Of a stretch of DNA of 64,000 nt, positions 53,586 through 62,510 are shown one piece after another. The notes beneath the pieces were generated by a model, which saw only the letters and a list, made by a program, of their open reading frames with translations, had not been told where the DNA came from and ran no database searches. Numbering within the stretch: position 1 is the stretch's first letter; each line of letters begins with the position of its first letter. The stretch comes from Alistipes sp. (GTDB lineage Bacteria; Bacteroidota; Bacteroidia; Bacteroidales; Rikenellaceae): contig JAFTVX010000015.1 of the NCBI GenBank assembly GCA_017465575.1, positions 15,835 through 79,834 on the forward strand, read 5' to 3'. Both the position numbers and the translations under genes were made by a program.

Positions 53586-54337
53586 TACGAGCCGACCATA
53601 TATCAAAGACCTTCGAAGGTCGCACCGTGCTGAAGGATATCACGGTAGAGTTTGACACAGGCAAGACCAACCTTATCATCGGTCGAAGCGGTTCGGGTAA
53701 GACCGTGTTGCTCAAGTCGTTAGTCGGTCTGCACGATGTCGACCAGGGCAAAATCTTCTATGACGATGTCTGCTACACCGACCTTAACTTCCGTGAGCGC
53801 AAGGCGATACGCAAGGATATCGGTATGATTTTTCAGGGTGGCGCACTGCTCGACTCATCGACCGTGAGGGAGAATGTACGCCTACCGCTCGACCTCTTTA
53901 CCGAGATGTCGGAGGGCGAGAAGCGCGATAGAGTAGATTTCTGCTTGGAGCGTGTACGCCTGCAGGGTGCCGACCACCTATACCCCTCGGAATTGAGTGG
54001 CGGTATGGTCAAGCGAGTAGCCATTGCGCGCGCCATCGTGCTCAACCCCCGATACCTCTTCTGCGACGAGCCCAACTCGGGTCTCGACCCCCAGACCTCG
54101 GTGGTCATCGACAACCTTATCCACGACATTACCAAGGAGTTTAATATCACCACCATCATCAACACCCACGATATGAACTCCGTTATGGAGATTGGCGAAA
54201 AGATTGTATATATCCACGAAGGTAACAAGTGGTGGGAGGGCACCAAAGATGATATCTTGCTCTCGGAGAACCGCGAGCTCAACGACTTTGTCTTCGCCTC
54301 GGCGATGGCAAAACGAGCCAAGAGTGTAGCTAAATAA
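53582..54337 (+). CDS. mlaF: ABC transporter ATP-binding protein (MlaF-like)
   Basis: Walker A GRSGSGKT, signature LSGGMVKR, Walker B LFCDEP. Overlaps mlaE by 4 nt. Confidence 0.85.
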   Translation: MIRADHISKTFEGRTVLKDITVEFDTGKTNLIIGRSGSGKTVLLKSLVGLHDVDQGKIFYDDVCYTDLNFRERKAIRKDIGMIFQGGALLDSSTVRENVRLPLDLFTEMSEGEKRDRVDFCLERVRLQGADHLYPSELSGGMVKRVAIARAIVLNPRYLFCDEPNSGLDPQTSVVIDNLIHDITKEFNITTIINTHDMNSVMEIGEKIVYIHEGNKWWEGTKDDILLSENRELNDFVFASAMAKRAKSVAK

Positions 54338-54390
54338 CACAAAATTTTTAAATAATTTGAAAAATGCTTGCTTAATCAACCAAAATTGCA

Positions 54391-54398
54391 TAATTTTG
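54391..54398 (+). promoter_or_regulatory. -7 box TAATTTTG for gapA
   Basis: TAnnTTTG about 75 nt upstream of the gapA ATG, with TTG about 20 nt upstream. Confidence 0.55.
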
Positions 54399-54460
54399 TG
54401 AGGTTAAAACGGTGGTATCATCGCCATCAATTTTTTGGACAAATTTAATTCATTAACTAA

Positions 54461-55487
<1,027 letters not shown>

Positions 55488-55489
<2 letters not shown>

Positions 55490-55612
55490 TTTCTTGTGAT
55501 AAGGGGTCTACTTCGGCCTCTCAGTCAGAAGCCCGAATGGGAAATACGCCAAGTATGTCCCATCCGGGCTTCTTCGTGTCGAGACCAAATTAGACCCCTT
55601 CTGACAAGAAAT
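55488..55612 (+). mobile_element. B-type MITE-like palindromic element (type copy)
   Basis: TIRs AATTTCTTGTGATAAGGGGTCTA / TAGACCCCTTCTGACAAGAAATT. Central hairpin GAAGCCCGAATGGGAAATAC-GCCAA-GTATGTCCCATCCGGGCTTC. The first AA overlaps the gapA TAA stop. Confidence 0.8.
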
Positions 55613-55810
55613 TGGCGGAGTGCTGACTGGGAGGTTGGTTGCGCTCCGATGGAGCGCCAGCTAACGCTGAGGGGTCTGAGGGGTACAAGGGGCACAAGGG
55701 GTAGTGTTTTCCGAGACGCTTAATTAGCGCTCTGCCGTTGGCCTCTTGTGCCCCTTAGAACCCTTTTAACCCTTAGGGCGTAGCCCGCAGGCGAAACGCC
55801 TGCTCTCTCT
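55613..55810 (+). repeat. Structured repeat module following the B element (GCGCTC hairpin, GGGG/CCCC word hairpin, GCAGGCG hairpin)
   Basis: Homologous in inverted orientation to 59681-59904. Shared blocks are TGCGCTC..GAGCGCCAGCTA.CGCTGAGGGG, GGCACAAGGGG and AGCCCGCAGGCGAA.CGCCTGCTCTCT. Confidence 0.75.
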
Positions 55811-55880
55811 TTCCTCTTTGCTCTTTCCTCTCTACCTGCACTCTCTTTCTAAAATATTTGCAGAATTAAAAAAAAATATT

Positions 55881-55888
55881 TAATTTTG
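55881..55888 (+). promoter_or_regulatory. -7 box TAATTTTG (with -33 TTTG at 55857-55860) for the met operon
   Basis: Both elements are present with 20-nt spacing. They imply a ~215-nt 5' UTR before the metY ATG at 56109. Confidence 0.6.
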
Positions 55889-55907
55889 TAATGCTATGAG
55901 AGAGTTA

Positions 55908-55985
55908 ATGCATAACAACTACCTGTTTGCGGCATCGGCAATGATGGCGCTTGAGCGCGTTATGTCTATGCGAATGTGCCGTTAG
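55908..55985 (+). CDS. Candidate Met-rich leader peptide (25 aa; 29 aa if started at the in-frame ATG 55896)
   Basis: Hand translation gives MHNNYLFAASAMMALERVMSMRMCR*. It contains 6 Met and 1 Cys and lies in the 5' UTR of metY-metX-hom. The stop codon sits in the GTGCC-GTTA-GGCAC hairpin followed by a U-rich tract. Confidence 0.35.
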   Translation: MHNNYLFAASAMMALERVMSMRMCR

Positions 55986-56108
55986 GCACTACTTTTCCTT
56001 TGGTGGATACGCTCCACCGCACCTTTACCTTACCTATATTTATATATACGCACACGAAATAGTGGGCGCACAGACTAATTTTTTTGTTGAACGAAACAAG
56101 CAAGCTAT

Positions 56109-57389
56109 ATGAGCAAAAAGTTACACTTCGAGACCCTACAGATACACGGTGGTTATCATATCGACGCTTCGCAGTCGCGAGGCATCGCCATCCACCCCAC
56201 CGCAGCATACCACTTCCCCACTTGCGAGTATGCCGCCAACCTCTTCACCTTGAGCGAGCCGGGCTACATCTACACCCGTCTGCACAACCCCACAACGGCA
56301 GCCTACGAGGAGCGCATCGCAGCACTCTATGGCGGTGTTGGCGCATTGGCAACAGCATCGGGAATGTCAGCTATCTTGCTTACCGTGACGGCATTAGCCA
56401 AGGCAGGCGACAACATCGTAGCCTCGCCCTACCTCTATGGTGGCACGCACAACCAGTTTGTTATCTCGTTGCGCAATGTGGGCATCGACTGCCGTTTGGC
56501 TAAGAGCGACTCGGCAGAGGATATCGCAAAGTTAGTCGATGAGCGCACACGCGCCATCTTCGTGGAGTCGATGGGTAACCCCACCTGCCGTGTTGCCGAT
56601 ATCGAGGCATTGGCGGCGGTTGCTCACTCCAACAATATACCGCTTATCGTAGACAACACCTTTGGTGCGGGCGGTTATCTCTGCAACCCCTTTGAGTGGG
56701 GCGCTGACATCATCACCGACTCGGCAACAAAGTGGATTAACGGCCACGGCACGGCGATGGGCGGTATCATCGTCGATAGCGGTAAGTTTGACTGGAGGGC
56801 TTCTGGCAAGTTCCCCGAGATTGATGGACCTTCGGAGGGCTACCACGGTCTAAATCTATACGATGCCTTTGGCAATCAGGCATTTATCGTAAAGTGCCGT
56901 GTCGATGGCATGCGCGACTTCGGTTGTTGTCCCTCGGCATTCGATGCCTACCTGATGTTGCTCGGCTTGGAGACCCTATCGTTGCGTGTTAAGCACGAGG
57001 TGGAGTCGGCATACAAGTTGGCAGAGTTCTGTCGCAACCACCCCAAGGTGGAGCGCGTAAGCTTCGTAGGTTTTGAGGACCACCCAAGCCACGAGTTGGC
57101 AAAGAAGTACTTCCGCCACGGTGCATCGGCAGTCCTCACCATCGAGCTTAAGGGCGACTTGGAGTCTACCGTGAAGTTTGTCGAAAGCCTCAAGCTTTCG
57201 GGCAATATGACGATGATTGGCGACTCTATATCGGTTGTTACACACCCCGCATCGACAACGCACAAGCAACTCTCCGACGAGGCAAAGCGTGCAGCAGGCA
57301 TCACACCTACCCTACTGCGCATATCGCTCGGCTTGGAGAATGTCGAGGATATCATCGCCGACTATGAGGAGGCACTCAGCAATATCTAA
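56109..57389 (+). CDS. metY: O-acetylhomoserine aminocarboxypropyltransferase / sulfhydrylase (PLP-dependent)
   Basis: 426 aa, Cys/Met-metabolism PLP family. The DSATKWINGHG PLP-lysine region and HPASTTH motif are present. Confidence 0.9.
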   Translation: MSKKLHFETLQIHGGYHIDASQSRGIAIHPTAAYHFPTCEYAANLFTLSEPGYIYTRLHNPTTAAYEERIAALYGGVGALATASGMSAILLTVTALAKAGDNIVASPYLYGGTHNQFVISLRNVGIDCRLAKSDSAEDIAKLVDERTRAIFVESMGNPTCRVADIEALAAVAHSNNIPLIVDNTFGAGGYLCNPFEWGADIITDSATKWINGHGTAMGGIIVDSGKFDWRASGKFPEIDGPSEGYHGLNLYDAFGNQAFIVKCRVDGMRDFGCCPSAFDAYLMLLGLETLSLRVKHEVESAYKLAEFCRNHPKVERVSFVGFEDHPSHELAKKYFRHGASAVLTIELKGDLESTVKFVESLKLSGNMTMIGDSISVVTHPASTTHKQLSDEAKRAAGITPTLLRISLGLENVEDIIADYEEALSNI

Positions 57390-57391
57390 CG

Positions 57392-58414
57392 ATGAGCAAA
57401 CTTTATCGACATAACGCCCCCTTTAAGTTGGAATCGGGCGAGGTGTTACCCTCGTTGGAGATTGCCTACGACACCTTCGGCACGCTCAACGAGGCGAAGG
57501 ATAATGTTATCTGGGTGTGCCACGCACTTACGGCAAACTCCGATGTTAAGGATTGGTGGCCTCATACCGTGGAGAAGGATAAGTTCCTCGACCCCGAGCG
57601 TTACTTCGTTGTCTGCGCCAACTTCCTTGGCTCGCACTATGGCACAACATCGCCACTTTCGGTAAACCCCGCAACGGGCAAGAAGTGGTACTACGACTTC
57701 CCACGCATTACGGTTCGCGATATGGTAGGCTGTCATCAGTTGCTTGCCAAGCATCTTGGAATAGAGCGAGTTAAGTTGCTTATCGGCAGTTCGATTGGCG
57801 GTTTCCAGTGTATGGAGTGGGCGATTATGGAGCCACGATTTATGGAGAACCTTGCCCTTATCGCCACCACCACCTACTCCGAGCCGTGGGCTGCGGCATT
57901 CAACGAGTCGCAGCGTATGGCAATCCGCCTTGACCCCACTTGGGGTGAGGAGCGTAATGATGCTGGACTCGATGGTATGGCTGTTGCACGCTCGATTGCC
58001 CTTATCAGCTATCGTGGCGGTGCGGCATACAACGCCACACAGCAGGAGTTGAGCAACCCCTTCGATGCATCGTTTGAGCGCCGAGCACACACCTATCAGC
58101 AGTATCAGGGCGAGAAGCTACGCCGCAGGTTTAATGCTCTGTCGTACTACCGCCTATCCGAGGCTGTCGACTCGCACAACATAGCGCGCGGTCGTGGCAC
58201 TATTGCTGATGCCTTGGCAAAGATTGAGGCTCGCACCTTGGTTGTAGCTATCTCGTCGGATATCCTCTTCCCCGTCGAGGCACACGCACCACTTCGTGAG
58301 CATATCGCCAATGTCGAGTACCACCTTATCGAGTCGGAGTTTGGCCACGATGGCTTTCTCGTCGAGCACGAAAAACTAAACACTATAATTCAGAATTTTA
58401 TAAACAAAAAATAG
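57392..58414 (+). CDS. metX: Homoserine O-acetyltransferase
   Basis: Alpha/beta hydrolase with a GSSIGGFQ nucleophile elbow and a C-terminal EFGHDGFL motif typical of MetX. Confidence 0.9.
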   Translation: MSKLYRHNAPFKLESGEVLPSLEIAYDTFGTLNEAKDNVIWVCHALTANSDVKDWWPHTVEKDKFLDPERYFVVCANFLGSHYGTTSPLSVNPATGKKWYYDFPRITVRDMVGCHQLLAKHLGIERVKLLIGSSIGGFQCMEWAIMEPRFMENLALIATTTYSEPWAAAFNESQRMAIRLDPTWGEERNDAGLDGMAVARSIALISYRGGAAYNATQQELSNPFDASFERRAHTYQQYQGEKLRRRFNALSYYRLSEAVDSHNIARGRGTIADALAKIEARTLVVAISSDILFPVEAHAPLREHIANVEYHLIESEFGHDGFLVEHEKLNTIIQNFINKK

Positions 58415-58421
58415 CGAGAGA

Positions 58422-59603
58422 ATGAAAAAGTTGAACATAGGTCTTTTTGGCTTTGGCAATGTGGGTCACGGCCTCTACGATGTCTTGAAGCGCATCAACT
58501 CAACAAATGTATCTATCAAGCGTATCTGCGTGCGCCATACCGACAAGGAGCGTGGCGTGAAGGCTGAGTTTACAACCAACCCCAAGGATATCTTCGCCGA
58601 CGAGGATATCAACCTTATCGTGGAGGTTATCGACGATGCCGATGCAGCATACGATATCGTGAAGCGTGCGCTGAAGAGCCGAATACCTGTGGTGTCGGGC
58701 AACAAGAAGATGCTGGGTCACCACCTTCCCGAGCTTATCGACCTTCAGGAGCAGTACAACACCGCCCTGCTCTATGATGCCTCGGCGTGTGGCTCTATCC
58801 CCGTTATCCGCAACCTCGAGGAGTACTACGACAACGACCTCCTCTGCTCGGTAAAGGGTATCCTCAACGGCTCGTCAAACTTTATCCTCTCGAAGATTTT
58901 CAACGAGAATATGGGCTATAAGGAGGCGTTGAAGCTGGCGCAAGACCTCGGCTTTGCCGAGAGCAACCCCACACTCGATATCGACGGCTGGGACTCACTC
59001 TTTAAGCTTATCATCGTTACGGTGCACGCCTTTGGCGTATATGTATCGCCCGACGAAATCTTCACCTACGGCATTTCAACAATGAACGATGCAGATATCC
59101 GCTTTGCTAAGGAGAAAGATCGCAGAATTAAGCTTGTGGCACATGTCGAGAAGTTTGACGATAGACTTATTATGTGCGTAATTCCTCAGCTTATCTCGCG
59201 CAATAAGTATATTTATAGTGTCGAGGATGAGTTTAATGGCGTGGTTATCAAGGGTTTGTTCTACGACAAGCAGTTTATGTTCGGTCGTGGTGCTGGTGGC
59301 CACCCCACAGGCTCGGCAGTGTTGAGCGATATTACGGCTTGCTCATACAACTACCGCTATGAGTATAAGAAGCGCAACGACTCTGTCTTGCCTAAGTATA
59401 CCACCGACCATATCTTCCGCGTATACTTCCGCTATAAGACCGCCGAGCAGCGCAACTTGCTCAACTTCCTCAAGATTCGCGAGCAGTACTCTTCGGAGGA
59501 CTACAACTACGTTGTTGGCGATGTCTCTGTAGCCAACCTCAAGGCACACCAGGAGGAACTCCGCACCGCCGACTGCTTTGTCGCTGCCTATCCGTTTGAC
59601 TAA
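58422..59603 (+). CDS. hom: Homoserine dehydrogenase
   Basis: N-terminal GLFGFGNVG Rossmann motif, central NGSSNFILS and LGFAESNPTLDIDGWD motifs and a C-terminal ACT-like region. Confidence 0.85.
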   Translation: MKKLNIGLFGFGNVGHGLYDVLKRINSTNVSIKRICVRHTDKERGVKAEFTTNPKDIFADEDINLIVEVIDDADAAYDIVKRALKSRIPVVSGNKKMLGHHLPELIDLQEQYNTALLYDASACGSIPVIRNLEEYYDNDLLCSVKGILNGSSNFILSKIFNENMGYKEALKLAQDLGFAESNPTLDIDGWDSLFKLIIVTVHAFGVYVSPDEIFTYGISTMNDADIRFAKEKDRRIKLVAHVEKFDDRLIMCVIPQLISRNKYIYSVEDEFNGVVIKGLFYDKQFMFGRGAGGHPTGSAVLSDITACSYNYRYEYKKRNDSVLPKYTTDHIFRVYFRYKTAEQRNLLNFLKIREQYSSEDYNYVVGDVSVANLKAHQEELRTADCFVAAYPFD

Positions 59604-59620
59604 TGGCGCAACGACAGCAC

Positions 59621-59649
59621 AAAAAAAGAGCCTTTCGGGGCTCTTTTTT
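59621..59649 (+). terminator. Terminator of the met operon
   Basis: A-run, stem AGAGCC/GGCTCT with a TTTCGG loop, then T6. Located 18 nt after the hom stop. Confidence 0.8.
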
Positions 59650-59680
59650 GTTAGTTGTTAGTTGTAAGTTTTTAGTTGTT

Positions 59681-59904
59681 AGAGAGCAGGCGGTTCGCCT
59701 GCGGGCTATAGCCCCAAGGGACAAAAGGGGTCTAAGGGGTAAAAGGGGAGGTAAGGTTAGTAAAAGCATCGCTGGTCTTACCCACCTTGAGGTTAGTCGC
59801 CACGCTCTAACTCCCCTTGTGCCACTCGTGCCACATGTACCCCTCAGCGATAGCTGGCGCTCGGAACGAGCGCAGTCTACCTCCTTCCAGCTCTGCACTC
59901 TGCC
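59681..59904 (-). repeat. Structured repeat module (inverted copy of 55613-55810)
   Basis: Contains AGAGAGCAGGCGGTTCGCCTGCGGGCT, GGGG/CCCC word arms, CCCCTCAGCGATAGCTGGCGCTC..GAGCGCA. Preceded by TTAGTTGTTAG words (59651-59680). Confidence 0.75.
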
Positions 59905-60032
59905 AATTTCTTGTCAGAAGGGGTTAGATGTGGCCTCGATAAAGAAATTGCCCTGGATGGGACATACTTGAAGTATTTCCCATTCAGGGCAATGATTGAG
60001 AGGTCGCAGATGACCCCTTATCACAAGAAATT
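59905..60032 (-). mobile_element. B-type MITE-like palindromic element
   Basis: AATTTCTTGTCAGAAGGGGT...ACCCCTTATCACAAGAAATT. The central hairpin keeps the invariant core but has a covarying basal stem (ATTGCCCTG/CAGGGCAAT). The terminal TT plus A form the pfk TAA stop (60031-60033). Confidence 0.8.
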
Positions 60033-61263
60033 ACCAGTTGAGGATCTTCTTGAAGTCATACTCCTCAGGGTTGGGGAGGTATGCCTTTGCTGCCTCATAG
60101 TCAGCAGGTGTGATGTAGTGCATCAAGTTGTCGATAACCTGGTGAATCTTGTCGGCGTTGATGTCAACAAGGCGAGGAGGAATCTTGCCTGTCTCGGGAT
60201 CCTGCAAATCCTTGAGGTAGAGAGGCGAAACATAGCCCTCCTGGCTGATGTATACCATACAGCCGGTCTTGCCCTCTGAGAAGAGCTTGTAGACACCCAT
60301 ACCGAGCTGTGAGCAGTATACAAGGTCGAAGGCGCAAGGTGTCTGGCAGCGTACCTCGTAGCCAATCTCCACGGGGCGCGACTTAACCTTGAGACCGAGA
60401 GCCTTGCAACGCTTCTCGAGCAAGGTGTTGAACATCTCGGCCTTAGATACCTTACCGAGCTCGGGGTGGCCGTGGTCGTCGTACGAGAAGTTGATGCCCG
60501 ACTTGAGAATCTCCTCCTGGTCGAGAGCGTGGAATACACCCTCCGAAACCATTGCTACACCATAGTCCATATTGATAAGCTTACGCTTAACGATAGCCGA
60601 GATGATAAGATTGATAATCTTTTCGATAGTAATCTTTGTCTTGTTGAACATCTCGGGAATGATAATCATAGGATAGTGGCATGCCGAAGCGATACCGAAG
60701 GCGAGGTGACCTGCCGAGCGACCCATCGCTGCAACAACAAACCAGTTAGCCGAGGTGCGCGCATCGTTATATACGGCACGACCGATTACCGCGCCAGCGT
60801 TCTTTGCCGACTGATAGCCGAATGTAGGCATACCTGCGGGCAAGGGAAGGTCGTTGTCGATAGTCTTAGGAACATGGATGTTGGCGATAGGATACTGCTT
60901 GCGCTCCAAGAACTTAGCGATGCGGTTAGCAGTAGAAGCGGTGTCGTCGCCACCCACGGTTACGAGCAACTTTATGTTGTTCTCCTTGAAGAAGTCAAGA
61001 TTAAAGTTCTTCTCGAAATCCTCCTCCGAGGGCTTGAAACGGCTCATTGTAAGGTACGAGCCACCCTGGTTGAAGATGTAGTCTACGCGGAACATATCGA
61101 GGTCCTCGTAGCGGGGGTTAGGGTTGAAAAGGCCCGAGTAGCCATAGTGCAGACCGATAACACGGTAGCCCTTAGCAAGGAAAGTCTTGGCAACAGAGCC
61201 AACAACGGTGTTCATACCAGGGGCAGGACCGCCACCTGTGAGAATTGCAATAGCCTCTTTCAT
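60031..61263 (-). CDS. pfp: Phosphofructokinase family protein, probably PPi-dependent (diphosphate--fructose-6-phosphate 1-phosphotransferase)
   Basis: GGGPAPGMN, PKTIDNDL and MGR motifs. A GGDD motif replaces the GGDG of ATP-dependent enzymes, which is the classical PPi-PFK signature. 410 aa. Confidence 0.75.
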   Translation of the reverse strand: MKEAIAILTGGGPAPGMNTVVGSVAKTFLAKGYRVIGLHYGYSGLFNPNPRYEDLDMFRVDYIFNQGGSYLTMSRFKPSEEDFEKNFNLDFFKENNIKLLVTVGGDDTASTANRIAKFLERKQYPIANIHVPKTIDNDLPLPAGMPTFGYQSAKNAGAVIGRAVYNDARTSANWFVVAAMGRSAGHLAFGIASACHYPMIIIPEMFNKTKITIEKIINLIISAIVKRKLINMDYGVAMVSEGVFHALDQEEILKSGINFSYDDHGHPELGKVSKAEMFNTLLEKRCKALGLKVKSRPVEIGYEVRCQTPCAFDLVYCSQLGMGVYKLFSEGKTGCMVYISQEGYVSPLYLKDLQDPETGKIPPRLVDINADKIHQVIDNLMHYITPADYEAAKAYLPNPEEYDFKKILNW

Positions 61264-61307
61264 AATGTTATATATTTAGTTAGTTAATGACTTCGCATTT
61301 GATACCA

Positions 61308-61315
61308 CAAAGATA
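61308..61315 (-). promoter_or_regulatory. -7 box TATCTTTG for pfp
   Basis: Reverse complement of CAAAGATA, about 45 nt upstream of the ATG at 61263. Confidence 0.55.
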
Positions 61316-61376
61316 ATAAAAATTTTTAGAAACAACAATTTTTCTCCAATCCTCTCTATAATATAATTAAAAGTTG

Positions 61377-61384
61377 TATCTTTG
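61377..61384 (+). promoter_or_regulatory. -7 box TATCTTTG for the 61412 ORF
   Basis: Perfect TAnnTTTG 28 nt upstream of the ATG. Confidence 0.55.
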
Positions 61385-61411
61385 AGAGTAGAAACCTACA
61401 ACTTTTAGGAT

Positions 61412-62095
61412 ATGAGAAGACTATTTACACTCGTTGTTGCACTCTTCGTTCTCGTTGGAGCTGAGGCGCAGGAGCCTTTCAACGGTCGTATCACACGCAT
61501 CGATGGCAAGGGCATCAAGGCACGCATCCGTGTCAAGGATAGCGATAAGCTGACCTTTTCGGACGGCAAGGGTCGCTTTGGACTTACGGATATCAAGGCC
61601 GATGATGTGTTGATGATTATCTCGCGCCGTGATACGATGCTTATCCCTGTCGAGGGTCGCAAGAGCATCGATATCGTATGGCTCACGGAGGGCGAAAACA
61701 TTAGCTACCGTGCCGTGGAGTCTGAGGAGTTGATGAACTTTGGCTATGGCTATGTCAAGCGCCGTGAGTCTACCGACTACTCGTCTGGCATCTCTGGCGA
61801 CAGACTGCGTGCCACGGGCGCCAAGGGTCTTATCGAGGCTATCCAGATGTGCTACCCTGGCCTTAGATATATCAATGGCGAGCTATGCCTAATGACACAA
61901 AACTCAATAGGCAGTTCGTCGGCACCCCTTATCTTGTGCGACGGCATCGAGACCCGCCCCGAGCTTATCAGCCTCTACGATGTTAAGTCCGTAGAGATTG
62001 TCAAGGGCTCTAATATGTATGGCTTCCGAGGCGTGAATGGCGTAATCCTTATTACGACTATGACCGCCGAAGATGCACTAAATAGGAAGAGGTAG
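61412..62095 (+). CDS. Secreted protein with a carboxypeptidase-regulatory-like N-terminus and a TonB-receptor plug-like C-terminus (no barrel)
   Basis: Signal peptide (ALFVLVGAEAQ), the FNGRITRIDGKGIKARIRV segment and a C-terminal SVEIVKGSNMYGFRGVNGVILITT plug-like motif. Only 227 aa. Confidence 0.45.
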   Translation: MRRLFTLVVALFVLVGAEAQEPFNGRITRIDGKGIKARIRVKDSDKLTFSDGKGRFGLTDIKADDVLMIISRRDTMLIPVEGRKSIDIVWLTEGENISYRAVESEELMNFGYGYVKRRESTDYSSGISGDRLRATGAKGLIEAIQMCYPGLRYINGELCLMTQNSIGSSSAPLILCDGIETRPELISLYDVKSVEIVKGSNMYGFRGVNGVILITTMTAEDALNRKR

Positions 62096-62114
62096 GAGAG
62101 CAAAGAGATTTTAG

Positions 62115-62228
62115 GCGCAGTCATTAGAGAATTTAGGGAGATTAGGGAATATAGGGAAGTTAGGGAGAGCGCTACCGACATTTATCCCTAAGCACGCTAC
62201 ACTCCTTAAACTCCCTAAACTCCCTAAA
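62115..62228 (+). repeat. D-type intergenic word repeat (copy 2)
   Basis: GCGCAGTCATTAGAGAATTTAGGGAGATTAGGGAATATAGGGAAGTTAGGGAGAGCGCTACCGACATTTATCCCTAAGC...CTCCCTAAACTCCCTAAA, homologous to 46545-46664. Confidence 0.8.
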
Positions 62229-62254
62229 AAATCACCTTCCAAGCGGTAAGACTC

Positions 62255-62381
62255 AATTTCTTGTCAGAAGTGGTCTAATTTGGTCTCGACACGAAGAAGC
62301 CCGGATGGGACATACTCTTGCGTATTTCCCATTCGGGCTTCTGACTGAGAGGCCGAAGTAGACCCCTTATCACAAGAAATT
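62255..62381 (-). mobile_element. B-type MITE-like palindromic element (near-identical inverted copy of 55488-55612)
   Basis: The reverse complement of 55488-55612 differs only at GGGG->GTGG and in the loop (ACTTGGCG vs ACTCTTGCG), by hand alignment. Confidence 0.85.
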
Positions 62382-62419
62382 AAATTTTTGATTAGAAGGC
62401 TGCATATACAACGCTCGGC

Positions 62420-62474
62420 AAAAATCCCGACGATGGGCTGTACTATGGCGTACTGCTCATTGTCGGGACTTTTT
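62420..62474. terminator. Bidirectional terminator downstream of nifJ/PFOR
   Basis: Stem TCCCGACGATG/CATTGTCGGGA (one mismatch) with a 22-nt loop, an A-run on the left and T5 on the right. Lies about 40 nt after the nifJ stop on the minus strand. Confidence 0.7.
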
Positions 62475-62510
62475 GTTAGCGGCAGTAGATGTCTGCCTTA
62501 TAATCGAAAA

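Noticed and set aside
55496-55723. ORFs lying inside the structured repeats (55496-55723 +, 59539-59898 -, 59603-59971 +, 59911-60279 +).
   Set aside because: They fall in palindromic repeat DNA and have Arg/Gly/Leu-rich low-complexity products. Their reading frames are not conserved between the two homologous repeat copies.
55890-56108. SAM riboswitch upstream of metY.
   Set aside because: I could not find the conserved SAM-I core elements or a SAM-II-like pseudoknot consensus by eye. This is left as a check (Rfam cmscan) under the leader-peptide finding rather than called as a feature.
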